Positions 48,269 to 59,500 of a stretch of 64,000 bases of DNA are shown one piece after another; positions within the stretch are counted from its first letter, which is position 1, and each line of letters opens with the position of its first letter. A model generated the notes under the pieces. It was not told the origin of the DNA. It did no database searches and saw only the letters and a list, made by a program, of their open reading frames with translations. The stretch is from Candidatus Altimarinota bacterium (GTDB lineage Bacteria; Patescibacteriota; Gracilibacteria; UBA4473), in contig OZ246423.1 in NCBI GenBank assembly GCA_965231215.1, forward strand, positions 1,120,001-1,184,000, read 5' to 3'. The position numbers and the translations under genes were made by a program.

Positions 48269-48631
48269 ATGAACGTAACTTATATAGACACAACACAAAG
48301 TAATCCATTAGAAAATGGAGGCCTGTCTTTGCAGGGTGCTGATTTTCTCAAATATGGGTTGAAATGTGCCTGGGGGCTCAACGTAATACTGGGGATTGTC
48401 TACTTAATGTTATTAAATTCTTTAGCTACTCAGGGGTTTGATCTCGAGTCTATAAAAGCCGATCAATTAGCCTTACAAAAAACAATTGAAGCTTCAGATA
48501 TTTCCCTGGCTATTCCTTCAAGTATGTATGCTTTGGAAAGTAATGAAATAATTCAGGAAATGCCTTTGGCCGATTACAAGAGTTTCTTCGTGGTAAGAGA
48601 TCATGAGGTCGCTTTTTTAGAGAAATATTAG
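48269..48631 (+). CDS. FtsL-like bitopic protein
   Basis: Directly after rsmH; one TM then coiled coil (NSLATQGFDLESIKADQLAL). Confidence 0.6.
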   Translation: MNVTYIDTTQSNPLENGGLSLQGADFLKYGLKCAWGLNVILGIVYLMLLNSLATQGFDLESIKADQLALQKTIEASDISLAIPSSMYALESNEIIQEMPLADYKSFFVVRDHEVAFLEKY

Positions 48632-48713
48632 GCTCATTTTACATTCGTCGATCTTAGGCTTTTTTAGGCATTTTTTGGTTGAGTTTTAGGCCATTTTTTG
48701 GTATAATGCTCAG

Positions 48714-50915
48714 ATGATTTTGAACCTAAAATCTGCCTGTAGAACTGCGGTAAGCCGCACCAGGACAAGGAAAATGCTGATTTTATCAGTACTCATGCTT
48801 GTGCTTGGAGGTACGAGTTTTGCACAAAGTTTTCAGGTCAGAAATGCCGGAACCCTAAAAATTTTACAAACGAGACCTGATGCAGAGTCTGCGAGTTTTA
48901 TCGTTAGAGCGGATATGCGGATTGATCCGAATCACATGGTGATAATTGATGAACCGGTTACTACTACCCCTACTCCCACACCAACCACGCCTACACCTTC
49001 AGCGCCGGTTATCTCTAATTCAGGAGGAGGTTCTGGAGGTGAAAAATATGACGCTTCAAAGTGGATACTCGGGAGAGTGTATGACCAGCTGGTGAAAGCA
49101 AGAGAGGATGAACCTCTTTTGGCTTCAGCACCAGAAAGACCCGTGTTTCCAAAACATGGACCACCTGAAAATAGTTATATACCTGGAACGCAACTTCAGA
49201 CCAGTATAGTGCGAACAGAAACCATTGATCAATCAGATACTATTGATCAATCGGTTATTACAGAAGCTCCAAAACCTGAAAAAACAGTAGTAATACCGCT
49301 CAAAAAAGTGCTTAAAACGCCTTATGCCCCTGCCAGTAAAAAAGATTTTGTTATTCGGGAATCTTTAGAACTTGATTGGGATCAAGTGGATTTTCCTAGA
49401 GTTATAGAAGAGGATTATAAACTTTCGGCTTCTAAACCACTTAAAGAGGCTTGGAAGCCAGTATGCAAAACACTCTTTTATCATGGGGGTGACGAATTCT
49501 GGAAAATTATTGCTTCACTTCTTTTTTTCACACTTATAGGATTTACTCTTATCATTTTCCTTTTAGGTGTATTAGTACTGCTAATGCTTAAACATGAACG
49601 CGAAAAGAAAAGAGAGAAAAAGTGGAAAACAACGGCTAAAAGATGGCTTAAAAATATAGGGCTATTGAGTGCCATTATGATTAGTTTTTCCCATATTAAT
49701 ACGGTTTCAGCAACAACCACAACACCACAACTATTAATCTATGAAGGAGATCTTTTAAATAGCTCAGGAAGTCCACTGGGTGGTAGTTATGAGTTTAGAT
49801 TTAGTTTTTGGGATAATGCAGATTTTGAACCAACAGATGTGGTAGCCGGAGTACTCAATACGGCCGCTTCTGATTATCGTGGATGGACCGAAAGGCAAAC
49901 CGTAACGCTTGGATTTGATGGAGCTTTTTCTCATCAACTGGGTACCGTAACGGCCTTTACTACAGGGCTCTTTGATCAGGATTTTATTTACCTACAAGTC
50001 GAAGTTAAAGCGGCAGCAAGTCCTGACTCAAGCTTTGAAGTTATTGATGTAGAAACTTCAGATACGGCTATAGATCGTAAAATTATTGCCTCAGTGCCGC
50101 ATGCCTTCAATGCCAATAAATTGGACTACCGTAATGTGGGATATGGAACGGGGGAGATTCCTTATATTGATGAAGTTACCGGCCAACTTCCTGCGGGGAT
50201 TATTCCTGGAAGTGGAATCAGTATAACTGGTACGGATGCAAATACTTTTAGTATTGATCAAGATGGGGATGCTGGAGCGGGCGATACTCTTACATTAGAA
50301 TTTGGAAATACTATTGGTGAAACGCTTTCTTGGAACGGTATTACGGATCAATTTGAGTTGAGCGATGATTTTGACATTGCTGGAAATCTTATTGTTTCAG
50401 GGACGATTAATGGGGTAGTGGTAGGCACTCGAAATATTTCAGTAGTGCTCAGTCCTCGATATCCTAACTCAGCTTTTATCAAAGATGGGTCAGATAATCT
50501 TGGATCTATGTATGAAGAAAGTGATACCGTAAGTGGAAACGAAAAAAACATTCTGCGATGGGAAAGTCAGCAAGTAGGCACGCTGCAAGATTATGATACG
50601 ATTATTCGATTTCCGCTTCCTGGCAACTTTGATTCTTTTCAGGCTTCAGGTATTTCGCTTGACCTTAAAACCGATGGTGGTGGGCCAGTAGATGCAAAAC
50701 TTGATTTAATAGTAGAAAAAGAGGGAACAGCGGGGGACCAGCTTTCGGCTCTTGGGATAGGGCTTAACTCTCCAGGGGTTTGGGCTACACCAAACTACAC
50801 CATTGGTGGAACCTGGGTGGCAGGAGACATTATGGTGATCAAAATCAAAACCTACGCTCAAGGAACGAATTCAGTCCACCTTGGAGATATCAAACTTGAT
50901 ATGGTTACCAACTAA
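48714..50915 (+). CDS. Membrane-anchored modular fibre-associated protein (family member 1)
   Basis: Signal peptide, PT-rich linker, TM, second signal-like segment, YEGDLLNSSGSPLGGSYEFRFSFWD domain, GTDANTFSID module, YPN...QDYD head. Confidence 0.75.
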   Translation: MILNLKSACRTAVSRTRTRKMLILSVLMLVLGGTSFAQSFQVRNAGTLKILQTRPDAESASFIVRADMRIDPNHMVIIDEPVTTTPTPTPTTPTPSAPVISNSGGGSGGEKYDASKWILGRVYDQLVKAREDEPLLASAPERPVFPKHGPPENSYIPGTQLQTSIVRTETIDQSDTIDQSVITEAPKPEKTVVIPLKKVLKTPYAPASKKDFVIRESLELDWDQVDFPRVIEEDYKLSASKPLKEAWKPVCKTLFYHGGDEFWKIIASLLFFTLIGFTLIIFLLGVLVLLMLKHEREKKREKKWKTTAKRWLKNIGLLSAIMISFSHINTVSATTTTPQLLIYEGDLLNSSGSPLGGSYEFRFSFWDNADFEPTDVVAGVLNTAASDYRGWTERQTVTLGFDGAFSHQLGTVTAFTTGLFDQDFIYLQVEVKAAASPDSSFEVIDVETSDTAIDRKIIASVPHAFNANKLDYRNVGYGTGEIPYIDEVTGQLPAGIIPGSGISITGTDANTFSIDQDGDAGAGDTLTLEFGNTIGETLSWNGITDQFELSDDFDIAGNLIVSGTINGVVVGTRNISVVLSPRYPNSAFIKDGSDNLGSMYEESDTVSGNEKNILRWESQQVGTLQDYDTIIRFPLPGNFDSFQASGISLDLKTDGGGPVDAKLDLIVEKEGTAGDQLSALGIGLNSPGVWATPNYTIGGTWVAGDIMVIKIKTYAQGTNSVHLGDIKLDMVTN

Positions 50916-51013
50916 AACAATCAAAAAAATTTAAGTAAAGTTTTTTTTAGAAAAAAGGGCTTTTTTTTTTGAATAAAATTGTTGTTCTTAGTATAGTCTT
51001 ATAAGTCTTGGTT

Positions 51014-52687
51014 ATGTCCATCAGGATTATAAAAACGCTTACTTTTTTGGGTCTTTCTGTTGTGTTGTCGACGGGGGTTATTTGGCAGTCTCATGCGGCA
51101 TTAGTATTTACGACTGAAGACAATGGAGTTCATGACCAGGTATTTTACATTGATTCTGGAGACACTTCCTCGGACTTTATCGACCTTGAATTTGGGACGG
51201 CCGTAGATGCTAAACTTAGGTATGATGTAATAAATGATAATTTTATCTTTAACCGAGATGTAAATTTTTCAGGCAATGTGGTGGAAGATGTTCGAGTAGA
51301 AAATTTAGCAACGCCTCCCACGTGTGATGCGGGGAGTATTGGGAGAATTTATTTCAATACAACCGATGTACTGTCTTATGTGTGTGATGGAACGACCTTT
51401 AATCCACTCGAAAATGTTTTAGGAGCTACAGTAGAATTTCCAGTGGTACAAGCGCGAAGAACTAGCACCTACACACTCACAACCGCCTTTGCAGATATTG
51501 ACCTGGACACAACCGATTTAGAAAATGATACAGTCAGCCTAGACCATGATGATACCTTACGTGACAGAATTAATATTGGGGAAACCGCTATGTACCAGAT
51601 TATCTATGGATACACGGCCGGAGGAACGGCTACGGGAACCCATGAAGCTCGAGCACGAGTGAGGGTAAACGACACCACTGTATTACCTGGATCAGAATCG
51701 GTAAACCGAAATTATCAAGTAGAATTTTCGACCACTTCAGCGTCTTTCTTGGCTAATCTTACAGCCGGGGATTTTATTTCATTACAGCTCAACAGAGACG
51801 CCACAGCCGATAGCACTCAAGACGATATCTATTTTTCAATTGTGAAACTTGAAGGAATTAAAGGAGACAAAGGAGACAAAGGAGATCCTGGTATCCCAGG
51901 ATCGGCCGGAATAGGGACGGATGAAAATACTTTTATTTTAGACCAAGATGATACAGGGGGAGATGTAAAACTACAGTTTGGAGCCACCTTAGATGAAAGC
52001 CTTACTTGGAATAGTGCTCAGACGCGATTTGATCTTAGTAATACGCTTAGAACTCTGGGGAATTTAGAGCAAGACGGGAATGTGCTAACGCTAGATGCAG
52101 AAAATGCAGGCGCTGGAGCTGACGTGGATATTGTCGCGAATCAGGGCAGTGATAATGATGGAACCTTGCGTTATAATGCGACCCTCAACCAGTGGGAAAT
52201 TAGTAATGATGGAGGCGCCTTTGAGCCTATCTCAGTATTGACTTCAAACATAGCACAAGTCTACCAATCTGGGACGACTACCTTTAATGCTGCTACGCCT
52301 ATAACGTGGGATGGGACAAGTACTACTTTTAGAGTAATAGATTCACAATACGCTCATTCTACTACAGCCAATCCAAGCCGAGTAACGGTCAATGCCGATG
52401 GTATTTATGAAGTGAATTATTCTATTGCTTGGGATACAACAGCTAATGCTCGTCGTACGGCCACTTGTGCCTTCTTTGTAAATGGCTCAGCGGTTACCCC
52501 AACCGTAGGAACAAGTCATGATTATTCCCGTAATAATAATGATGATTTTGGGAGCAATTCGTCTAGTTTTTTCTATGACTTTACGGCCGGGGATTACTAT
52601 GAGATTTACTGTCAAAGTACTGGAACTGCTGGAAGTATTACAACCCTGGCCAATCAAAGCTCTACGAGTATAAAACTGATTAGATAG
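51014..52687 (+). CDS. Secreted modular fibre protein with collagen-like stretch and two C1q/BclA-like domains (member 2)
   Basis: FTTEDNG module; GIKGDKGDKGDPGIPG; LTAGDFISLQ and FTAGDYYEIY jelly-roll-like ends. Confidence 0.75.
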   Translation: MSIRIIKTLTFLGLSVVLSTGVIWQSHAALVFTTEDNGVHDQVFYIDSGDTSSDFIDLEFGTAVDAKLRYDVINDNFIFNRDVNFSGNVVEDVRVENLATPPTCDAGSIGRIYFNTTDVLSYVCDGTTFNPLENVLGATVEFPVVQARRTSTYTLTTAFADIDLDTTDLENDTVSLDHDDTLRDRINIGETAMYQIIYGYTAGGTATGTHEARARVRVNDTTVLPGSESVNRNYQVEFSTTSASFLANLTAGDFISLQLNRDATADSTQDDIYFSIVKLEGIKGDKGDKGDPGIPGSAGIGTDENTFILDQDDTGGDVKLQFGATLDESLTWNSAQTRFDLSNTLRTLGNLEQDGNVLTLDAENAGAGADVDIVANQGSDNDGTLRYNATLNQWEISNDGGAFEPISVLTSNIAQVYQSGTTTFNAATPITWDGTSTTFRVIDSQYAHSTTANPSRVTVNADGIYEVNYSIAWDTTANARRTATCAFFVNGSAVTPTVGTSHDYSRNNNDDFGSNSSSFFYDFTAGDYYEIYCQSTGTAGSITTLANQSSTSIKLIR

Positions 52688-52773
52688 TAATTTAAAACAA
52701 GTTTAGAATTATGCAACATTATTAGATTCTAAAAAATGTGTTTTTTTGGTATAATCCTTGGATATTTTTATAC

Positions 52774-54573
52774 ATGTGTAGACCTTATCTAAGGCAAATT
52801 TTAATCTTTATCTGGCTCAGCCTAGCGGGGAACCCGCTTGCTGAGGCGGCACTAGTATTTACGACTGAAGATAATGGAACTCATGACCAGGTATTTTATA
52901 TTGATTCTGGAGATACTTCAGCGGACTTTATTGACCTTGAGTTCGGGACGTCTGTAGATGCTAAACTTCGGTATGATGTGATAAATGATAATTTTGAATT
53001 AAATCGAGACACCAATTTTGGAGGCAATGAAGTCACCGATGTTCGAGTAGAAAATGCTGGCTCGGCCCCTACTTGTGATGGGACTCGCATTGGACGTCTT
53101 TATTACGATACAGGTAATAGCTCAATCTATGTGTGTGATGGAAGTAATTGGAATTCGCTCGATAAAAGTACAGTACTAATTGATGAGGATGACAATACCC
53201 AAATTCAAGTAGAAGAAGGCGTGGATGATAATACAATTCGTTTTGATACAGCCGGAGTTGAACGAGGTGTTTTTGGTAGTACTGGAAACTTCACCCTCAA
53301 TAATTCGGCTGGAACGGCTGAAGTTATAACCTTTAACCAGGGGAAAGGAAGTTCATCGAGTGCGCCAGATATCCAATTTGGGACAGATGGATTACTAGTA
53401 GCTGAATCGGATTTAGTTTTGAATATAGATTCAGATAATTCAGAAACGACTGCGAATCTAAGAATTATGCACAATGCGAATAATACCACTACGGCCACAG
53501 AGTTAGCTCGGCTGGATGAAGCTGGAAATTTTGGCCTAGGAGTAGACCCTACCTCTGATTTGCATATTCGAAAAGTTTCTGGAAATACTCAAATTCTTTT
53601 AGAAACCAATGTCGATATAGGATCGGGAAACGATACGTCGTTGTTCTTCACTAGTGATGCTGATGGGACGCCTAACTCAGCAGGGTTAGGGCAGTTTAAT
53701 GATGGAGCTTTACGCTTTACTGGAGCTGGTAACTTAGCCGTTCCCGATGTGATTATTGATGATGCTGGAGAAGTAGGAGTAGGCGGGTTAACTGATCCTC
53801 AAGCGCAACTTCATATTCAGCACAGTGGTAGTGCCCTTAGATTTGAACGTACAGGATATGATACATATGAATTCCAACAATCACTGGGGACTGGATTAGC
53901 CATTCAAAATATAACCGATGCCCAAAATGAACTCTTTTTCACCGGCAATGGAAGTATCGTTGTGAATGGTACAGCTGAAACCATTGATAGTGATGGTGGA
54001 GCCTTTGTATTGGATGGAGGAGATTTATTTGTGGCTGATGAACTAGGGGTCGAAGGAGCTATTTATACAGACGATACCGCTACTAAATACCAATTCGTAG
54101 AAATGCATGGATGTGTAAGAGGTTCGGCCAACGCAGGGACTGTGGCGGGGGGCAATGCTCCGGTGGTGCGATTTGATGGTACTAACAATAGTCAGATGCG
54201 ATGTAGTCTGCCGGTTCCAGATGATTGGGTTGCGGGGACTGATATTAATATTGAAACCTACTGGTCACCTTCAGATAATACGAGTGGAGCGGTAGATTTT
54301 GATTTAGAATACGCTTTATTTGCTGTAGGAGAAACCGTTGCGACAGGAAGCTTTGTTGATACTATTCTAGGAACTACTTACGAGACAGTGAACCTAAATA
54401 CACAGTTAGATATATATGAAATGGTAGCCAATATTCCATCAGCTGATATTGCCCTCGATGATATGATAAGCTTTAACCTTCACAGAACGCCAGCAGATGC
54501 GGGTGATACCTATGGAGGAGATGTGAATATTCATATGATTCGTATGGCTTATACGGGTAAAAAACTAAAATAA
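52774..54573 (+). CDS. Secreted modular fibre protein (member 3)
   Basis: FTTEDNG module; DEDDNTQIQVEEGVDDNTIRFDTAGVER; GxGxxxPxxxLHI tail-fibre-type repeats; PVPDDW head. Confidence 0.75.
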   Translation: MCRPYLRQILIFIWLSLAGNPLAEAALVFTTEDNGTHDQVFYIDSGDTSADFIDLEFGTSVDAKLRYDVINDNFELNRDTNFGGNEVTDVRVENAGSAPTCDGTRIGRLYYDTGNSSIYVCDGSNWNSLDKSTVLIDEDDNTQIQVEEGVDDNTIRFDTAGVERGVFGSTGNFTLNNSAGTAEVITFNQGKGSSSSAPDIQFGTDGLLVAESDLVLNIDSDNSETTANLRIMHNANNTTTATELARLDEAGNFGLGVDPTSDLHIRKVSGNTQILLETNVDIGSGNDTSLFFTSDADGTPNSAGLGQFNDGALRFTGAGNLAVPDVIIDDAGEVGVGGLTDPQAQLHIQHSGSALRFERTGYDTYEFQQSLGTGLAIQNITDAQNELFFTGNGSIVVNGTAETIDSDGGAFVLDGGDLFVADELGVEGAIYTDDTATKYQFVEMHGCVRGSANAGTVAGGNAPVVRFDGTNNSQMRCSLPVPDDWVAGTDINIETYWSPSDNTSGAVDFDLEYALFAVGETVATGSFVDTILGTTYETVNLNTQLDIYEMVANIPSADIALDDMISFNLHRTPADAGDTYGGDVNIHMIRMAYTGKKLK

Positions 54574-54574
54574 A

Positions 54575-56158
54575 ATGAAGAACTTCTATCCCCCTTTTTG
54601 GATCTTGATACTCACCTTCACCCCAACGGTGTGGGCGGATGATTTTGTACCTGAAGATCAAGAAAATGAGATTGTAGGAACCAGCTCCACCAATTTTACA
54701 ATTGATAGTGCCAATAGTGGAGGAGACCTTAAATTGCAGTTTGGGACAAACCTAGATGAATATTTGCAGTGGGATGCTACTAATCTTAGATTTAATCTAA
54801 GTGATACTTTAAGAGTAAGTGGTAATCTAGAACAAGATGGGAATATCCTGACTTTAGATACGGATAATACTGGAGCTGGAGCGGATATTGATATCGTGGC
54901 AGAACAGGGAAGTGATAGTAATGGAATACTCCGTTATAGTGCAGCTAATAACCGATGGGAAATTAGTAATGATGGGGGCCTCTTTAGCGGAATTGCTGCT
55001 GGGGGAACGATGTTAGTTTTTGATGAAACCTTAGCCAATAATGCTTCTACAGTCCTAACGCACTCAAGTGACTCAAATAATCAGAGAATCATTCAGGTAA
55101 AAGAGTTTATTACTAGTACTAGTGATACTGATACCTCTGTTGATTTTGATGAAGTAGATGAAGGGAATTATATCCAAGAAAATCCAACTACCGGTACAGA
55201 TTTCCTTGCTTCTTCGGTCAGACTTAGCGCTACTTTTGGAGGGACTGGAACCACTAATATGGCTTTAAATCAACCTAGTTCGGCTAGCAGTGAAAGTCAG
55301 CCATCAGAGGATGCTAACGACGGGGATGATGGAACTTTCTGGTATACCACTAATGGAGACTCAAATGGAGGCTGGTGGCAAGTAGATATAGGCCCCTCTG
55401 CTCCAGCGATAAACCAAGCTCAAATACGCTGGTTTAATGACACTGGAACTTATAATTGTAATCAATTAGATATTCAGGGGACTAACACCGATGGAAGTGG
55501 ATATACTACGGTTTATACAGCAGACACTAGTGGTGATGGGCAGGAAAATACTTATAACTTTACTCCTGCGGCCTATAGATACTGGAGATTTCTTTGTACA
55601 AATGCGGTAAATGCTAATTTCTATGTGATTCGGGAAGTAAGACTCTTTGAGGCTTTAGCTACCTACCCAACAACTCCGTTTTATGTAACCACCAATACCA
55701 ATAGCTTGACAACCAATAGCTGGGACGGGTTGACGACCCTAGACATAACTCAGACAACCCCCACTAGTACTTCAGTGCGGTATCTGGTATCTTTTGATGG
55801 TGGAACCACTTGGAAGTACTGGAATGGATCGGCTTGGACTAATTCAAGTTTGGCCAATCTTCAGACTCAAGGCATGACAGAAACGACTATCGAATCTATT
55901 TCTAGTGCACAGTGGTTTGCCGCTGGAGGCATTAATAGTGATGCTGCTGAGACTTTGGATTTTGCGATAGATTTAGACACAGATGATAATGCAGAAACCC
56001 CTTCAGTGGAGGGCATTTCGGTGACTTTTACGACCCCTAATTATTGGCAAGTGAATACTGAAAATTATGAAATTCAAGAATTTAATGATATAGAAACACA
56101 GGTTACCAATAAAACAGGGGCGAGCCAGACTGTAAAAATATCTATTATGGTTCCGTAG
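54575..56158 (+). CDS. Secreted protein with discoidin (F5/8 type C) domain (member 4)
   Basis: GTSSTNFTID..GGDLKLQFG module; NMALNQPSSASS..ANDGDDGTFW..WWQVDIG..YRYWRF..IREVRLF. Confidence 0.75.
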   Translation: MKNFYPPFWILILTFTPTVWADDFVPEDQENEIVGTSSTNFTIDSANSGGDLKLQFGTNLDEYLQWDATNLRFNLSDTLRVSGNLEQDGNILTLDTDNTGAGADIDIVAEQGSDSNGILRYSAANNRWEISNDGGLFSGIAAGGTMLVFDETLANNASTVLTHSSDSNNQRIIQVKEFITSTSDTDTSVDFDEVDEGNYIQENPTTGTDFLASSVRLSATFGGTGTTNMALNQPSSASSESQPSEDANDGDDGTFWYTTNGDSNGGWWQVDIGPSAPAINQAQIRWFNDTGTYNCNQLDIQGTNTDGSGYTTVYTADTSGDGQENTYNFTPAAYRYWRFLCTNAVNANFYVIREVRLFEALATYPTTPFYVTTNTNSLTTNSWDGLTTLDITQTTPTSTSVRYLVSFDGGTTWKYWNGSAWTNSSLANLQTQGMTETTIESISSAQWFAAGGINSDAAETLDFAIDLDTDDNAETPSVEGISVTFTTPNYWQVNTENYEIQEFNDIETQVTNKTGASQTVKISIMVP

Positions 56159-56546
56159 TTGAGGTTGAAAAGTTGTGCTGATCTTTTCTGGCACCATTTG
56201 GGGTTTTATAGATGAGGGAATGTAGAGATTTTTGAAGGGCTTTACTCTGTCCCATTTCAGGATGAAATTATATGAAATATAATACATATTTTTAATGCCT
56301 TTAATTTCTGTAAAAGCTTATTTTTAGAGTCTTGTATTGAGTAATTTTTTTATTCATTATTAAATTTAAGTATAATTTTTTTGTTCTTTTCTTTTGACAT
56401 TAATTTTTAATTAAAGTATACCGGTTTTGACCCCCCGCAAAAACAGTCTGGAAATCTTCAGAAAAATGGTTGAAACTTGCCATTTATTATGATACAATTT
56501 CCAGATTTTGTTTTATAAAAATCAAAACAAACCTAAAAAAATTAAT

Positions 56547-59500
56547 ATGAAACAATGGTTGAAACGGCAGTCGACGAGAAAGGGATTAAGTCTCTTAACA
56601 CTTGTAACGCTTAGTTATTCGATCTTTGCTCCTACCGCAGAGGCGCGCCTTATCTTTTCGACAGAAGATGATGGAACGGAATCTGACACTTATACTCTAG
56701 ACGTAGAAGGTGGGAATGCCGATGGAGCGAATGTGGATTTAGGAATTACCTTTGGGGGAGCGCTTAGCACTCCAGGGAGTCTTATCTATAATGATTCAAC
56801 CGGAGAATTTACTTTCAATAAAGCTGTGGATTTCGGAGGCAATGAAATTCAAGACTTTAGAGTAGAAAAACTCCCAACTGCTTCAGCTCCAACTTGTGCT
56901 GCCGCAGGTGATGCTGGACGAATGTATTATGATACAGACACTAATGAAATGATGGTTTGTACGGGAACGGTCTGGAATTCAGTAGAAGATCTTGATGGAG
57001 CGCTTACCGATGGGAACATCTTTGTAGGAAACGCCTCTAATCAAGCGACTGGAGTGACAATGAGTGGAGACGTAACGATTTCAAATACGGGCGTAACCAC
57101 GATTGGAGCGAATGCTATTGGATCAGCAGAAGTATCAAACAACACGCTTACCGCCGATGACCTAGCGACCGACTCAGTAGGAGCTGATGAGATTGCGGCT
57201 AACGCGGTAGGTTCAGCAGAGATTGCTACAAACGCCGTAGGAGACGATGAGATTGATTACACAAATGTAACGCTCTCTGACTTCACCAATGATCTATCAC
57301 TTACCTCTGCCAATATTTTTGTAGGGGATGGGTCAAACCAAGCGGCCGGAGTAGCTCTAAGTGGAGACGCGACCATCTCAAACACGGGAGTACTGACAAT
57401 CGGAGCGAATGCTATTGGATCAGCAGAAGTATCAAACAACACACTTACGGCTGATGACCTAGCTACTGATTCGGTAAACGCCGATGAGATTGCGGCTGGA
57501 GCGGTAGGAACATCAGAATTGAACGCTACAGGAGCGGGGAATGACAAAAGACTTACGACCAATGGAACTGGAGACATGGTATGGATAGATGATAATGCCC
57601 TTGATAATACCCTCACCTCCGCGAACATCTTCGTAGGTAACGGATCAAACCAAGCGGCCGGAGTAGCTCTAAGTGGAGACGCTACCATTGATAACACTGG
57701 TGCTCTAACTATTGCAGATAACGCAGTAGACGGAACCGATATTAGTGTAGCGGGTGAAGGCGCTGGTTCTGTAATGTACCATGATGGAACAGATTGGGTA
57801 AATCTAGGAGTAGGAACGGCCGGACAAGTATTATCGGTAAACGCTGGGGCTACAGCTCCTGAGTGGATTACAACCTCTAGCTCTTTAGAGGGGCTAACAG
57901 ATACAAATATTACAGGCGCTGCTGATGGAAACATCCTCGTATATGACAACACTAACTCTGAATGGGATAATGTAGCCGCTTCAGGAGACGCTACGATCTC
58001 AAATACAGGCGTCATTGATTTAGCCAATGGAGCTGTAGAAGCTTCAGAAATTGCAGACGGAGCGGTATCAGGAGGAACGGGAGGGGTCATTACCGACGAA
58101 TCTATTACCGCCGATGACCTAGCGACCGACTCAGTAGGTGCTGATGAGATTGCGGCTAACGCGGTAGGTTCAGCAGAGATTGCTACAAACGCCGTAGGAG
58201 ACGATGAGATTGATTACACAAATGTAACGCTCTCTGACTTCACCAATGATCTATCACTTACTTCTGCGAACATCTTCGTAGGTAACGGATCAAACCAAGC
58301 GGCCGGAGTAGCTCTAAGTGGAGACGCTACCATTGACAACACTGGTGCTCTAACTATTGCAGATAACGCAGTAGACGGAACCGATATTAGTGTAGCGGGT
58401 GAAGGCGCTGGTTCTGTAATGTACCATGATGGAACAGATTGGGTAAACCTAGGTATTGGAACCGCTGGCCAAAGACTACAAGTAAACGCTGGGGCTACAG
58501 CTCCGGAGTGGGTAACAGATAATGCACTTTCTGATACACTAACAGACGGAGATATCTTCGTCGGGAATGGATCAAACGTAGCGACTGGAGTGACAATGAG
58601 TGGAGACGTAACGATTTCAAATACGGGCGTAACCACGATTGGAGCGAATGCTATTGGATCAGCAGAAGTATCAAACAACACGCTTACCGCTGATGACCTA
58701 GCGACCGACTCAGTAGGAGCTGATGAGATTGCGGCTAACGCGGTAGGTTCAGCAGAGATTGCTACAAACGCCGTAGGGGACGATGAGATTGATTACACAA
58801 ATGTAACGCTCTCTGACTTCACCAATGATCTATCACTTACCTCTGCCAATATTTTTGTAGGGGATGGATCAAACCAAGCGGCCGGAGTAGCTCTAAGTGG
58901 AGACGCGACCATCTCAAACACGGGAGTACTGACAATCGGAGCGAATGCTATTGGATCAGCAGAAGTATCAAACAACACACTTACGGCTGATGACCTAGCG
59001 ACCGACTCAGTAGGAGCTGATGAGATTGCGGCTGGAGCGGTAGGAACATCAGAATTGAACGCTACAGGAGCGGGAAATGACAAAAGACTTACGACCAATG
59101 GAACTGGAGACATGGTATGGGTAGATGATAATGCCCTTGATAATACCCTCACCTCCGCCAACATCTTTGTAGGGAATGCATCAAATGTAGCTGCCGGAGT
59201 AGCGATGAGTGGAGACGCTACGATCAATAATACTGGAGCCTTGGATCTTGCTGATGATGCGGTAGAAGCCTCAGAACTTAACGCTGACACCGCTGGTCTA
59301 GGTATTACTCAAGCTGTTTCAGGAGCTCTAGATGTGAATGTAGACGATTCTACTATTGAAGTAGAGACTGACATTGTTCAGGTTAAAGATGACGGGATTA
59401 CCGCTGCTAAATTAAACGCTGATACAGCTGGAGACGGTCTGGTTCAAAATGGTGGAACAGGAGCTCTAGATGTAAATGTGGATGATACCACTATTGAAAT

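Noticed and set aside
57045-59166. CRISPR array
   Set aside because: Repeats are long, in-frame and coding, with no unique spacers or cas genes
57257-59290. Long minus-strand ORFs (277, 155, 165 aa)
   Set aside because: Shadow frames of the repetitive fibre gene
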